Shown here: in pieces, positions 63,983 to 64,000 of the stretch | Layout of the letters: the number at the start of each line of letters is the position of its first letter | Numbering within the stretch: position 1 is the stretch's first letter | DNA from: Methanobacteriota archaeon | GTDB taxonomy: Archaea > Thermoplasmatota > Poseidoniia > Poseidoniales > Thalassarchaeaceae | Length of the DNA: 64,000 nucleotides | Assembly: GCA_028355015.1 (NCBI GenBank) | Contig: JAOMRN010000003.1 | Location: 151,740 to 215,739, forward strand | Direction: 5' to 3' | The notes under the pieces: model-generated | Told to the model about the DNA's origin: nothing | What the model saw: the letters and a program-made list of their open reading frames with translations, nothing else | Database searches by the model: none | Made by a program: the position numbers and the translations under genes

Positions 63983-64000
63983 TTGGTAAAGTCTTAACCT

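Overview
AT-rich, very gene-dense archaeal DNA. The information-processing genes are archaeal (aIF2-beta, aRF1, aTrm56, class I LysRS, Nog1, XPD, archaeal MutS-like ATPase). They sit among bacterial-type metabolic genes (Aap-type amino acid ABC transporter, branched-chain 2-oxoacid dehydrogenase with lipA/lipB, folP/folB/folM-like, flotillin-NfeD) and two giant acidic surface proteins. This mix best fits Marine Group II Euryarchaeota (Poseidoniales); that is inference from gene content only. I find about 56 CDS and one tRNA-Leu(UAA), and no CRISPR, rRNA, transposase or integrase. The window is mostly core genome. The best candidates for new biology are: (1) a 2988-aa surface protein with about 20 DxDxDG Ca-binding repeats, a transglutaminase domain whose triad is altered (Cys kept, His->Thr, Asp->Glu) and a C-terminal DUF4129-like domain; (2) a CdrS-like double ribbon-helix-helix gene followed by a 69-aa basic ORF instead of ftsZ, with an operator-like repeat array upstream; (3) a lipoate/BCKDH operon with a translationally coupled PLP C-S lyase-like gene and a lipB that appears to start at CTG; (4) an uncalled 38-aa zinc-ribbon microprotein; (5) an NAD(H) kinase resembling the eukaryotic NADK3/NADK2 clade; (6) a recurring degenerate TATA-like element about 30 nt upstream of start codons. 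All family calls come from motif recognition by eye; no database searches were run.
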